Positions 36,590-46,316 of a stretch of 64,000 bases of DNA are shown in pieces. The notes beneath the pieces are model-generated. The model did no database searches and was not told the DNA's origin. It worked only from the letters and a program-made list of their open reading frames with translations. Each line of letters starts with the position of its first letter. Within the stretch, counting starts at the first letter, position 1. A program made the position numbers and the translations under genes. Source of the DNA: a virus; the IMG/VR virus record IMGVR_UViG_3300029286_002355, positions 32,001 through 96,000 of that record; one strand, 5' to 3'.

Positions 36590-37559
36590 ATGAATTCTCC
36601 AACGACGATTTTCTAATTTTCCTTGGATCTTTGGTTTCATAAGGTACTGCATTAACACTTTCTGTTTCACCAAACCCAATACGAGTTGTATTCAGTTGTG
36701 GCATATCTCCCACAACATCCTTGAAATCATTCAACTCCGAAAGCCACTTATTGGTACTTTCCAGATGAGATACGCTGGCATCAATTCGACTAGTTAAGGC
36801 ATCTGCATTACGGGTAGCAATAGCATCGGCCCGAATAAGTTTGACCTGTTGGGCTAGTCTTGCTTGTTCAGATATTACTATATCAATATTGTTTTTGCCT
36901 TGATCAACTCGCTCTAATCTCTTTTCTAATACGTCCAATCTTTCGGTATAGGAGTTAAGAAGTCTTTCCTTTGAACTGATAACCATAGCCGAACCATTTT
37001 TGGTATCCTTACGAGCATTGTCCAATTCTTTTCCAATGCTACTGATCTTTTCTTCAACCTCTTTTATTTCGGTGGGCAAATTATCTTGTCTTTCCGACTC
37101 AATAAAAACCTCTAGGGATTGCTCAATACACAGAAGTTTAAGATATGTCCAAATAAGCTCGTCAATTTTAATCAATCGTGTATTCATTGCTGTATCTTGA
37201 TCGGAAACAGAATCCATTGTAGCTTTTTCAATATCTTTGCCCACCTTTACCAATTCATTGTATTGCTGTTTGCGTGAATTACCAAGACTGGAATAATATC
37301 GGTCTCTTTTTATTTTGAACGCTTCTACTTGCCGTTGTTCTTCTTGTCTTTTGATTTCTGCATATTTTTCTTCCATCTTCTTTTTGAACCAAGGGGAATC
37401 GTGAAGAAACATAAAGCTCAACCCGTAAGCAACTCCGAATAGCAGAAAAATAAAGAAGTTTGCAGAAAGGAAGCCGAATCCAAGAAGACCCGCTGCCAAT
37501 CCGATATTCAGTTTACTTTTAAGATATTCTTTTGTGTAATCAATTTCGATATTGTCCAT
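36579..37559 (-). CDS. Membrane-anchored coiled-coil protein
   Basis: Two N-terminal TM segments, then long heptad-rich helices. Confidence 0.75.
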   Translation of the reverse strand: MDNIEIDYTKEYLKSKLNIGLAAGLLGFGFLSANFFIFLLFGVAYGLSFMFLHDSPWFKKKMEEKYAEIKRQEEQRQVEAFKIKRDRYYSSLGNSRKQQYNELVKVGKDIEKATMDSVSDQDTAMNTRLIKIDELIWTYLKLLCIEQSLEVFIESERQDNLPTEIKEVEEKISSIGKELDNARKDTKNGSAMVISSKERLLNSYTERLDVLEKRLERVDQGKNNIDIVISEQARLAQQVKLIRADAIATRNADALTSRIDASVSHLESTNKWLSELNDFKDVVGDMPQLNTTRIGFGETESVNAVPYETKDPRKIRKSSLENSYER

Positions 37560-37584
37560 AATCGCCTCTCAATTTATAAAGAAT

Positions 37585-37613
37585 ATCATAATATATTTTC
37601 CGCTAATTGTCAA
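37585..37613 (-). promoter_or_regulatory. sigma70-type promoter
   Basis: TTGACA-17-TATGAT. Confidence 0.75.
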
Positions 37614-37618
37614 TACAT

Positions 37619-38701
37619 TTATCCTATAAGTTTAAGTAGGGAAACCTCGTCTATATCTTCCCCTCTTTGTTTCTCGGTTTTTTTAGAAGATCGCATGGCT
37701 CTATTTACCCATTCCAATTCTCCCGAAGCGGTTTTACTATTCTCAACTCTATCTTGCAATTCTCTTACCATCTCGAAAAACCACTTCTTTTTCCTCATTT
37801 CTTCAGGAGAGATATCTGGCCGTGGAGCTTTCAAAATCTCAACCAGTCTTCCGGGATTTGCTTCCATTCTGAAAATTCTATCCCCAAGATAAACCGCTTC
37901 ATCCATGGAATGTGTAACAATGATTACTGTCCCTTGAATTTCTTTCCAAAGCTCAACCAAAAGCTCTTGCATCTTCAACCGCATTTTTGGGTCAAGGGCT
38001 CCAAAAGGTTCATCCATCAGAAGGATCTTAGGTTGAAGTATAAGTGTAGCGGCTAAAGAAACTCTCTGCTGCATACCACCCGAAAGTTCTTGCGGGAATT
38101 TATCTTCCGATCCTTCCAAGCCAATCTTTTTAACCCATTCCCTTGCCTTGTCTCTTCTTTCTTTCCGTCCTGTTCCATTCAATTTTAATCCAAAAGATAT
38201 ATTGTCGATTACCGTAAGATGAGGAAGGAGTGAATATTTTTGATCAACAACTCCACGGTCAATTCCTGATCCTGTAATTTCTCCACCTGCAACAAAAGCT
38301 TTTCCAGAAGTAGGAGGAAATTGTGGCTCTAATCCCGCTATGATTCTCAATATGGTTGACTTACCACAACCCGAAGGCCCAACCAAGGCTACCATTTCAC
38401 CCATATTAGGAACATCATGAACTTCAAAAGTAACATCATGAATGGCTATTTTATCGCCAAATTTTTTTGTTACATTTTGAAAAGAAACAATGGGTGCCGC
38501 TTCCAACAAGGCTTTTGGCTGTTTAGAAGCTTCTATTTGTTTTGGGGCTTCTTTGATTTCAATTTTGTGGGTTTCAATAACCTCTTCAATCTTAACTATT
38601 TCATCCTGTTTAATAGCTTCTGCTTTAACAGATGGACTAGGTTCCAATTTAGGAGCTTTGCTAACCCAAAAAGGAGCTAAAATTTGTTTTAGACTTGTCA
38701 T
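37619..38701 (-). CDS. ABC transporter ATP-binding protein (NitT/TauT/SsuB type)
   Basis: GPSGCGKST, LSGGMQQR, LLMDEPFGALD, VTH. Confidence 0.95.
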   Translation of the reverse strand: MTSLKQILAPFWVSKAPKLEPSPSVKAEAIKQDEIVKIEEVIETHKIEIKEAPKQIEASKQPKALLEAAPIVSFQNVTKKFGDKIAIHDVTFEVHDVPNMGEMVALVGPSGCGKSTILRIIAGLEPQFPPTSGKAFVAGGEITGSGIDRGVVDQKYSLLPHLTVIDNISFGLKLNGTGRKERRDKAREWVKKIGLEGSEDKFPQELSGGMQQRVSLAATLILQPKILLMDEPFGALDPKMRLKMQELLVELWKEIQGTVIIVTHSMDEAVYLGDRIFRMEANPGRLVEILKAPRPDISPEEMRKKKWFFEMVRELQDRVENSKTASGELEWVNRAMRSSKKTEKQRGEDIDEVSLLKLIG

Positions 38702-38702
38702 G

Positions 38703-39566
38703 TTAGCCTTTCTTTCTGTTTTGAGGGAACAACCACACCCCTGTAACTTTCCAAAGTTTATCACATAATGTAGCTATTACAACAATAACAATAATGATGG
38801 CAAAAATTTTATTGGTACAGCCTCTACGAGAAGATGTTTCCATGAGATAACCAATACCGTTTTGAGCATTAACAACTTCTGCTAGAATAATCCATCCCCA
38901 ACCTACTCCATAAACCCCACGAAGATGATTCCATATAGAAGGCATAGCTACAGGAAGCAATACGTTTTTTACCAACTGCCATTGAGATGCCCCCTTTGTT
39001 TTCGCCACATCAAGGAATGATTCGCTTACGTCATCGATTGAACGAATGACCAAGGGGAGAAGCACAACAAAACAGGCAATAAAAAGAAATCCTATTTTTT
39101 GTATTTCATCAGAACCCCACCAAGCCAAGGTCAAGGGAATAAAACTGATAATAGGAACATAGGAACCAATTAAAGCTACGGGTTTGAAAAAAGAAGAAAT
39201 AGGTGTAAACGCTGCCATATAAGTTCCAAGAACAAGAGCTAAAATCGCAGCAAGAATAAAACCTGATGTTACACGGACAAAAGAGACCCCAACGCTTCTT
39301 AGTAAGCCCTGATCAAAATGAAGAATGGGAAATGCCTGTAGAACTTCGACAGGACTAGGGAGAATAATAGGCGGAAGCATTCTATCTTCAACCCTATCTC
39401 CATTTGTAGAAAACCACCAAAATCCTATCAGAAGAGCAAGAAACGAAACCGTGATAAGAATTGATCTTTCTTTGGCAAGCTCTTTACGAACAGGGAACTT
39501 GGCAATTCTTACGACAAGAGTTAGAAGCACAACCAACCCTAAAATTATTCCAATGAAGCTCCACAT
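38703..39566 (-). CDS. ABC transporter permease (NitT/TauT/SsuC type)
   Basis: LPSPVEV, multiple TM helices, EAA-like DVAKTKGASQWQ, AEVVNAQNGIG. Confidence 0.92.
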   Translation of the reverse strand: MWSFIGIILGLVVLLTLVVRIAKFPVRKELAKERSILITVSFLALLIGFWWFSTNGDRVEDRMLPPIILPSPVEVLQAFPILHFDQGLLRSVGVSFVRVTSGFILAAILALVLGTYMAAFTPISSFFKPVALIGSYVPIISFIPLTLAWWGSDEIQKIGFLFIACFVVLLPLVIRSIDDVSESFLDVAKTKGASQWQLVKNVLLPVAMPSIWNHLRGVYGVGWGWIILAEVVNAQNGIGYLMETSSRRGCTNKIFAIIIVIVVIATLCDKLWKVTGVWLFPQNRKKG

Positions 39567-39584
39567 AATTCCCTCGTTTCTTTA

Positions 39585-39625
39585 GCAAAAGGGAATGGAA
39601 GGTTTCTTCCACTCCCTTTTTTGCC
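39585..39625 (-). terminator. Intercistronic stem-loop between SBP and permease genes
   Basis: AAAAGGGAGUGGAAG-AAAC-CUUCCAUUCCCUUUU. Confidence 0.6.
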
Positions 39626-39639
39626 AACATAGTTTTTGC

Positions 39640-41403
39640 CTATTCGGTTTCGAGAGGATATACCTTGATTTCGGTTCTTCGATTTTTCTTGTTTTGCTCC
39701 TTGTCGCTTGAATCTGTGCAACCGGGCAACGGGCTATCCCAACCATTTCCAACAACCTTGAACTTGTTAGGGTCAAAATTGGGATATTTGGTCAAAATAG
39801 ACTTCTTAACCGCTTCGGCTCTGTCATAGGACAATTTGCGAATAGCATCAGAAGGCACTAATCCCTTCATACTTCCATCGGTATTTCCTTCGATGACGAT
39901 GTAAGCATTACCGAAATTACCTGCAAGCATACCAATTTCAACAAGCGAATTTGGAATATTGGTATCATAGGTGGAATTCAAATCCCATTTACCAGATTCA
40001 AACCTAATCTGAACAGCCTTGGAAAGAATATTCCCTTCTCCAGCCTCAAGGGTCTTAAACACCATATTGGGACTGAAAACAGGCTGAGACAAATCCTGAA
40101 CGTCTTTATAGTCGTTAACCATTCCAAGAAGGAACTTGGAAGCCTTAACTTTGGCAGCAACAATAGGAGCATCAATAACCCCAAGTGACTGATAGATTGT
40201 TGAAGATTTATTCCAAATAGACTCAAAGTTAACTGGATTCATTTGGTCGCAGAAGAACTTGTAATTCTCTCTGTAATTGAGAAGATGGGCATCTCCGCTA
40301 GCAATACCACCATCTTTGCCAATCATCATTGCGCAATCCGCTACCGGAAGATTATAGGCCGCACTAAGATATTTGGCTGCAAGTTGGGGGTCTTTTCGAA
40401 CCATATCAACCCCCTCGAAAATACAGCGAATCATTTTTTCAACGATATCGGGATGATCGGTTGCAAAATCATTACGAACAGCCCAAACATCGAAGATAAC
40501 ATTATTGGCTGTAGCACTTGTAACCACCAATCTTGTTCCGGGGACTGAATCTGTAACCGTATAGATGTCAGGAGACCACCCCACGAAAGCATCAAACGAT
40601 GTATCCTGAACGAACAACTTAGCGGCTGAAGGAGCATCTTTTGTCCAACGGAAATCAATTTCGGCAGGATCAATACCCGCATTGATAAGCAGAATCATAA
40701 AGAAATTATGGCTAGGCGAATTCTGAGCAAGAACAACCTTGCACCTAACTCCATTCTTCATGCGGAAATCATTAATGGACTTGATATTGTTTCGAGAGAC
40801 AACCCCATCTCCACCATTTGAGTTATCAATGGCTTGAGCTACAATAGGAATAGTTCGTGAATCCTTTGACAAAGCAGGTGCAAAGAGAGCAATCATGTCC
40901 AATGTACCCCACAGAATATGAGAATGCCCACTCGCAAACAAATCTCTTGCCATGACAGGATCATCCACCAAACTAAGCTCAACGAAAAAGCCATACTTCT
41001 TATAGAAAAGACTTTCTTCGTTAGCCCCCATTCCGTTATTAGCCATGATGATTCCAGCCCATCCCGGCCATACATTAATAGGGAATTTCACCAAGAGTTT
41101 ACCGTTCTTGGTTGTTTTGTCATATGAGCTAACTGCCGTAACCGGAGGCATTACGCTATCTCCAATAAGCGAAACTGTATTAGTTCCTGCAAGCAATTTG
41201 GAGTTAATATCAACAGCAGTTTTGATTGCCGCCACTACATTACTCCCAAGGTTATTCAACTTATCCTTAAGAGCGTTAATGTTAATTGACGGATTTGAAG
41301 TCGGAGCAGGAGGGAACAACTTATCCTTCCACCTATAGCCCCCAATACTCAGTACGGCAATTACAGCCAATGCTACCAGAATTTTACCCTTTAGTGTCAT
41401 CAT
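39640..41403 (-). CDS. ABC substrate-binding protein (SsuA/THI5-like) fused to a C-terminal OmpA-like domain
   Basis: N-terminal anchor, WPGWAG, WGTLD, DNSNGGDG; C-terminal RFESG, IEGNTD, LSYDRAEAV, NRRTEI. Confidence 0.85.
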   Translation of the reverse strand: MMTLKGKILVALAVIAVLSIGGYRWKDKLFPPAPTSNPSININALKDKLNNLGSNVVAAIKTAVDINSKLLAGTNTVSLIGDSVMPPVTAVSSYDKTTKNGKLLVKFPINVWPGWAGIIMANNGMGANEESLFYKKYGFFVELSLVDDPVMARDLFASGHSHILWGTLDMIALFAPALSKDSRTIPIVAQAIDNSNGGDGVVSRNNIKSINDFRMKNGVRCKVVLAQNSPSHNFFMILLINAGIDPAEIDFRWTKDAPSAAKLFVQDTSFDAFVGWSPDIYTVTDSVPGTRLVVTSATANNVIFDVWAVRNDFATDHPDIVEKMIRCIFEGVDMVRKDPQLAAKYLSAAYNLPVADCAMMIGKDGGIASGDAHLLNYRENYKFFCDQMNPVNFESIWNKSSTIYQSLGVIDAPIVAAKVKASKFLLGMVNDYKDVQDLSQPVFSPNMVFKTLEAGEGNILSKAVQIRFESGKWDLNSTYDTNIPNSLVEIGMLAGNFGNAYIVIEGNTDGSMKGLVPSDAIRKLSYDRAEAVKKSILTKYPNFDPNKFKVVGNGWDSPLPGCTDSSDKEQNKKNRRTEIKVYPLETE

Positions 41404-41450
41404 ATCTATACCCCTTTCTTTGTTACTACTATTATTGTTTGTTTATTTAC

Positions 41451-42218
41451 CTATGCTGTTGCTTCTATCTTTTGACGTTCTACAGGCTTAGACTCCGCTG
41501 TAGCTTCGGGAGCTTGAACCCCAATAGAAGCTTTCTGCTTGTACTCATTGAACAGAGCCCTACCACGTGCTTTTCGAGCGTCCTGTTGCATCCTGATATT
41601 TGCACCCATTTCTTTTGCAAGATCCATCGTTGCTGTCATTTGACCTTGCCCCTGAACAGACGCTTCACGCATCCTCTGTAATGCGGAAGCTGCTTCTCCA
41701 CCCACCATCCCTTGAAGCTCCGTAATAGATGCCTTCATCATTTGAGCAACCGATTCCATGTTTCTTGAGACTCGAACCTGAGCCTTAAGAGACATAAACT
41801 GTCGTTCGAGCTTTTGAATCTGACGAAGAGATTCCGCAATGATTTCGGTGTTCTGCTTATAGCTTGCGTTAAGCGTTTCCAGTTGTTCTTGGTTGGTTTT
41901 TAATTCACCTTCAAGGTTTGCCAACTCTTCCGCATAAATAGAACCGTTAGCCTCATCGTTCTCTTTTATAGCCAACTCAATCAAACGCTTAAACTCGTCT
42001 TGCTTATTGGTTTGATCCTTAATTTGCATTCTGAGAAGGATAATCGTAGATTGCAACTGACCATTGGCATAATGAGCCTTGTCAGCTTTCACCTTCTCTT
42101 CCCGCAAACTCTTCTCAACAACCGCTTCGTTCATGGCGTCTGTTTCTGTAGATTTCTCTATCCACAAACCCAAAGCCGCAAATACTCTTGCCAATGCCCT
42201 TCTAATGCTATCGAACAT
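41451..42218 (-). CDS. pspA: PspA/IM30 (ESCRT-III-like) family protein
   Basis: N-terminal amphipathic MFDSIRRALARVF followed by a long coiled coil of ~255 aa. Confidence 0.75.
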   Translation of the reverse strand: MFDSIRRALARVFAALGLWIEKSTETDAMNEAVVEKSLREEKVKADKAHYANGQLQSTIILLRMQIKDQTNKQDEFKRLIELAIKENDEANGSIYAEELANLEGELKTNQEQLETLNASYKQNTEIIAESLRQIQKLERQFMSLKAQVRVSRNMESVAQMMKASITELQGMVGGEAASALQRMREASVQGQGQMTATMDLAKEMGANIRMQQDARKARGRALFNEYKQKASIGVQAPEATAESKPVERQKIEATA

Positions 42219-42247
42219 AATTAACTCCTTTCTTTATTGTTTGATAC

Positions 42248-42275
42248 ATTCTATCAGGTTTACAAAAAAATGCAA
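42248..42275 (-). promoter_or_regulatory. sigma70-type promoter
   Basis: TTGCAT-16-TAGAAT. Confidence 0.6.
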
Positions 42276-42287
42276 GTAAAATCGTAA

Positions 42288-42995
42288 TCAATCTTCTCGC
42301 TCCAAAAGAATCTTCTCTTTTAGAATGAAATCAAATTTTTCGTTCAACTCCTTTTCATTCGAAGCACCAACAACTGTAGCCCCACGATCCTGAACCGCTT
42401 TGAACAAACCAGCATCAATATCAAAAGCTACAAAATGAATTCCGTTTTTAATTCCTTCTTTTGACAAACCATCCATGATAGCATCGGGAGATGGGCCGGC
42501 GTTTGATCCACCATCCGTAAGAACCATAATATGTTTGGCTGGAGCATTTTTTATAATCGCAAGTTGATCAGAAGCAAGCTTGATAGCATTTCCAAGGGGA
42601 GTACCACCATCGGGAGAAGGAACTTTCCACTTCTTAATAACTTCAGATGCTTTTTTGTTATTATTCGCAATCCCAAATCCCTCATAAAGGACTCTGCCAT
42701 GATTAAGCAGAACAAGGCCAAGACCAATAGCACGATTCTTAGACATAGAAAGATATTGATCTAATCTGTTCCCAATTGATTCCAGAGCCCGACGAGAAAT
42801 GGCATCCTTACTTTCGTCTACACCTTTGTCATTTTTAACCGATTGTGCCATACTGCCAGAACCATCCCAAACAATATAGATAGCAATATTGTCTGTCTCC
42901 ACAGGAAGATCTACGGTTTTAACAGGGGCGGGAACAGAACCCGAACAACCTGCCACCATAACCATTATTGCTGCCAACACTATTGATCTTTTCAT
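42288..42995 (-). CDS. vWA-domain lipoprotein
   Basis: Lipobox VAGC; MIDAS WDGSGS, GGTPLG, VLTDG. Confidence 0.87.
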   Translation of the reverse strand: MKRSIVLAAIMVMVAGCSGSVPAPVKTVDLPVETDNIAIYIVWDGSGSMAQSVKNDKGVDESKDAISRRALESIGNRLDQYLSMSKNRAIGLGLVLLNHGRVLYEGFGIANNNKKASEVIKKWKVPSPDGGTPLGNAIKLASDQLAIIKNAPAKHIMVLTDGGSNAGPSPDAIMDGLSKEGIKNGIHFVAFDIDAGLFKAVQDRGATVVGASNEKELNEKFDFILKEKILLERED

Positions 42996-43019
42996 TATTT
43001 CTCCTTTTCTATGTTTTTT

Positions 43020-44198
43020 CTACGAATCCAACGACTTACCGAAACATTCCCAATTAGTCACTCTAATTGCTTCTGGATCACCCATTACTTTTCCCTTATC
43101 ATCCGATGTTTTAACAACGGGGATTCCATTAATACTCCACAGTTTAATAACCATATTAAGAGCAGGAGAATTTGGAAAATCATTGGTAAAGAAGGTTCCA
43201 ATCCCAAACGAGCAATTAATTACATCCCTGCAATATCTTGAAATATCAACCGCTTTTCTGCAATCCAAGGCGTTACTAAAGATGATCGTTTTTGTCAAAG
43301 GATTAATCTTCATCTTTTTATAGTGCGCAACAATCTTGTCTGTAAACTCCATTTCGTTACCAGAATCGCATCGGACACCATCAAAAAGCTTAGCATAACG
43401 AAGATCGAAATCCTTAAGGAAGAGATCGGTTCCAAGTGTATCGGTAAGAGCAATACCCAAATTTCCGCCATAGACTTTAACCCAGTTTTCCATCCCGAAG
43501 AGGTTGCTATGACGAATTCCAAATAGGGCTTGCATGGCCTGATACCACTCATGGGCCTGAGTTCCTTTGGGAGTCATATTGTTTTGATACGATAGATAAA
43601 CATTGCTCGTACCAACAAACCGATTGAATGGCTTCATGTTTTCAACAACCATAGCCTGAGCCAAAAAGTCTTTACGTCTACGGGTTCCAAAATCTGTAGT
43701 GATGCAGTTCCAATCCTGAAGCTGATTCATTTTTTCTTTAGCCCTATCTGCTTCTCCAACTCTATTCCAATTAGTATCAATAATTTTGAAATAAAGTTCC
43801 GAAACGGTTGCCATCAGCTTAACTTCCCACAAAACCGTTTCGCACCAAGGGCCTTCGATATCAATAACTAAATTTTTCTCTTCATTGAGGGAAATCTTAA
43901 CCTGTTTAGGATTATAGCGGTAATTTCTGAGATAGTCAAAATACCAAGGCTTAAGATATGGGCAAGTCTTACGATACCATTCGATTTCGGATTCACTAAT
44001 GGCAAATAGCGGGAAAAAGGTGGAAACTTGATATTGCAATGCCTTAAGGAATTCTTCGTTGAATCTTTGTTTGCCCCTGTTGATAAAACGATAATGTGCA
44101 ATAGCATCGGGAAACAGTTCAAGAATTGCGGCTTGCATTGAAAACTTGTACTGATCGTCGTCAAGCATTGAACGGATTATTGTTTCATTTGTATTCAT
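43020..44198 (-). CDS. pncB: Nicotinate phosphoribosyltransferase
   Basis: LDDDQYKFSM, DFGTRRR, GTSNV, GTQAHEW, LTDTLG, GVRCDSG, FGIGT. Confidence 0.95.
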   Translation of the reverse strand: MNTNETIIRSMLDDDQYKFSMQAAILELFPDAIAHYRFINRGKQRFNEEFLKALQYQVSTFFPLFAISESEIEWYRKTCPYLKPWYFDYLRNYRYNPKQVKISLNEEKNLVIDIEGPWCETVLWEVKLMATVSELYFKIIDTNWNRVGEADRAKEKMNQLQDWNCITTDFGTRRRKDFLAQAMVVENMKPFNRFVGTSNVYLSYQNNMTPKGTQAHEWYQAMQALFGIRHSNLFGMENWVKVYGGNLGIALTDTLGTDLFLKDFDLRYAKLFDGVRCDSGNEMEFTDKIVAHYKKMKINPLTKTIIFSNALDCRKAVDISRYCRDVINCSFGIGTFFTNDFPNSPALNMVIKLWSINGIPVVKTSDDKGKVMGDPEAIRVTNWECFGKSLDS

Positions 44199-44242
44199 TT
44201 TTTCTCCAATGCTAAATTACTTTTTCAATCTTTAATGCAGCC

Positions 44243-44270
44243 ATTGTAACAGATTAGCGGATAAAGTCAA
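44243..44270 (-). promoter_or_regulatory. sigma70-type promoter
   Basis: TTGACT-16-TACAAT. Confidence 0.6.
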
Positions 44271-44708
44271 GAACTGTTTTCAACTATTTTATTTATTTTT
44301 TACCAACCTAAAATATAGCTTTTCTATTTTTTTAATAAAATCTTCCATAGAATTATCCCACTTTAGACAATTACACTGGAAACAACATGGTACTATATTG
44401 CCCTTAATATATCCCTTATTGCTATCCATTCTATCGATACCTTGATATTTGATTTCTTTTCTAAACTCTTTGCTTTCACCAAATAGAACAAAAGTATTAC
44501 TTGGACCATCCCCGCAATAATGACAATTTTTATACATAATTTCTCTTACATCTTTTTTGGATAATTGAAGGGGAAACCCTTTTGTCCTTGCCCTTTGTCT
44601 TAGCCCGTTAAACATTCTTTTAATTACCTTGCTGTCTGCGTAATCTTGGTCTTCGTATTTTTCTTGATAACGAACAACAGCCCGTTCAATCATGCCACAA
44701 CTTCTGCA

Positions 44709-46019
44709 ATGAACTACCCAGACACTAAAGATGTCTGGGTTTCTATAGGATAGTTCCTACCCTTTTGAAATCCCATATTGGTTAATGCAAAGTCTTTAAC
44801 GTTCTTGGAAGCATTAACGTCTCTATCATGCTCCGAACCACACTTCTTACATTTCCATACTCTTTCATCTAATGTGAGTTCGTGATAGACTTCTCCACAA
44901 ACATTACAAGTCTTGCTGGACGGTTCAAATCTTCCTATCTTTAGAAAATTCTTACCATACCAATCGGACTTGTACTGAAGCATTCGGGTTAAATTGAACC
45001 AACCTAAATCTCCTATAATTCTGTTTGTAGGTGCTTGATTTTGACTCTGCATGTTTTTAATAGATAAGTCTTCAATACAAATCGTCTCTACTTGGTTATC
45101 GTGAGTCAATTTGTGTGATAGTTTATCTAAGAAATCTTTCCTTTGTCTTGCTATTTTTGCGTGTAACTTACTTATTTGCTCCTTCTTTGATATATGTTTT
45201 GTTGAACCCTTTGTTAGTAACTCTAGTTCTTGCTGATGTTTTGCTAGTTTATCTTGAGATTGCCTGAAGTATTTTGGTGATTCGATTTTATCTCCGTTTG
45301 AAATCGTCAAGAACATTTTAACACCAAAGTCTATTCCAACGGTCGTACTTTCTTCAACCGCTGGCTTCTTAGGAAACTCTATATTTTGTTCTACCAATAT
45401 TGAGGCATAATACTTTCCGTCATTTCCTCTTGAAACAGTGCATTGTTTAATATTCCCTTCAAAAGCTCTATCAAATATGCACTTCAATCTATTATCCCTA
45501 TTCTTGGTTTTAATGAACTTCGGGAGGTAAAGACGATTGTTCTCAAAATCTGGTCTAATGGAGTTAGCTTCAGGACAACAGAACGATTGCTTGTTATTCT
45601 TTCTTGACTTAAATTTAGGGAATCCCATGTTAGAACGGAAGAAGTTGGTATATGCGTTGTCAAGATTTCTGATAGTTGCTTGTAACGATTGACTGCCTAT
45701 TTCGTCTAGCCATTCATGTTCTTTTTTTAGTTCTATAAGGCTATTAGCTAAATCTACCCATCCAATAGTTTTTTTAGTTTCCTTGTAGTGAGTAATCTTC
45801 TTTTGAAGGAAGTGATTATAGATGAATCGACAGGAGCCAAAGTGTTTTTCAAGCAAAACTCTTTGTCCTTTATTTGGATACAATCTATATTTGTAAGCTA
45901 GTAATTTCATACTACTAATCTTCTTCTATAACTATTTAGTCTTTTCCTCTAATTATTTTTGGATATTTTAGTCGCTTACATCCACGACACTAAAGATGTC
46001 GTGGTTTTACGCTCCCAGA
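44709..46019 (-). mobile_element. IS200/IS605-family tnpB-only element 2
   Basis: LE GAGCGTAAAACCACGACA-TCTTTAG-TGTCGTGG after TTTAT; RE GAAACCCAGACA-TCTTTAG-TGTCTGGGTAGTTCAT. Confidence 0.88.
44714..45910 (-). CDS. tnpB: RNA-guided endonuclease TnpB
   Basis: AYKYRLYPN HTH, VGIDFG, ICIEDL, EPSSKTCNVCG, CKKCG..HDRDVNA. Confidence 0.95.
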   Translation of the reverse strand: MKLLAYKYRLYPNKGQRVLLEKHFGSCRFIYNHFLQKKITHYKETKKTIGWVDLANSLIELKKEHEWLDEIGSQSLQATIRNLDNAYTNFFRSNMGFPKFKSRKNNKQSFCCPEANSIRPDFENNRLYLPKFIKTKNRDNRLKCIFDRAFEGNIKQCTVSRGNDGKYYASILVEQNIEFPKKPAVEESTTVGIDFGVKMFLTISNGDKIESPKYFRQSQDKLAKHQQELELLTKGSTKHISKKEQISKLHAKIARQRKDFLDKLSHKLTHDNQVETICIEDLSIKNMQSQNQAPTNRIIGDLGWFNLTRMLQYKSDWYGKNFLKIGRFEPSSKTCNVCGEVYHELTLDERVWKCKKCGSEHDRDVNASKNVKDFALTNMGFQKGRNYPIETQTSLVSG

Positions 46020-46148
46020 ATAAACTTTCTTTTTGCCATTTTTTAATTTTCGACGCCAATACCCTCTTTCTATTTTACGAATTTTGTTACAACGATCACA
46101 TTTTACATATTTATATTCTCTACACTTTATTTTTTCTAAATTTTTCAT

Positions 46149-46266
46149 TTTACCCTTTAAAATAGACAAGCTCCTAACAGCTATCTTTGACGGCGGCTAA
46201 ACCATTTCAAGACAAGACCATTAAGAGCTTATCACTATATTTCTATTTTAAGGTTTAGCCGCCTTT
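46149..46266 (-). ncRNA. Putative pseudoknot/switch leader RNA, copy 2
   Basis: 12-bp P1 46252-46263 with 46192-46203, the loop of a long hairpin closed by 46223-46232/46166-46175; TATAAT at 46273-46278. Confidence 0.6.
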
Positions 46267-46316
46267 CATAACATTATACAAGAATTTAACAGAAAAACCT
46301 CTATTTCTATCCATCA

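Larger units (their letters stand above)
44289..46148 (-). pseudogene. HNH homing endonuclease interrupted by IS element 2 (exons 46020-46148 and 44289-44708)
   Basis: Removing 44709-46019 gives an in-frame 182-aa ORF ...KCDRC...KKVY|CRSCG...CHYCG...GIDRMDSNKGYIKGNIVPCCFQCN. Confidence 0.8.
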
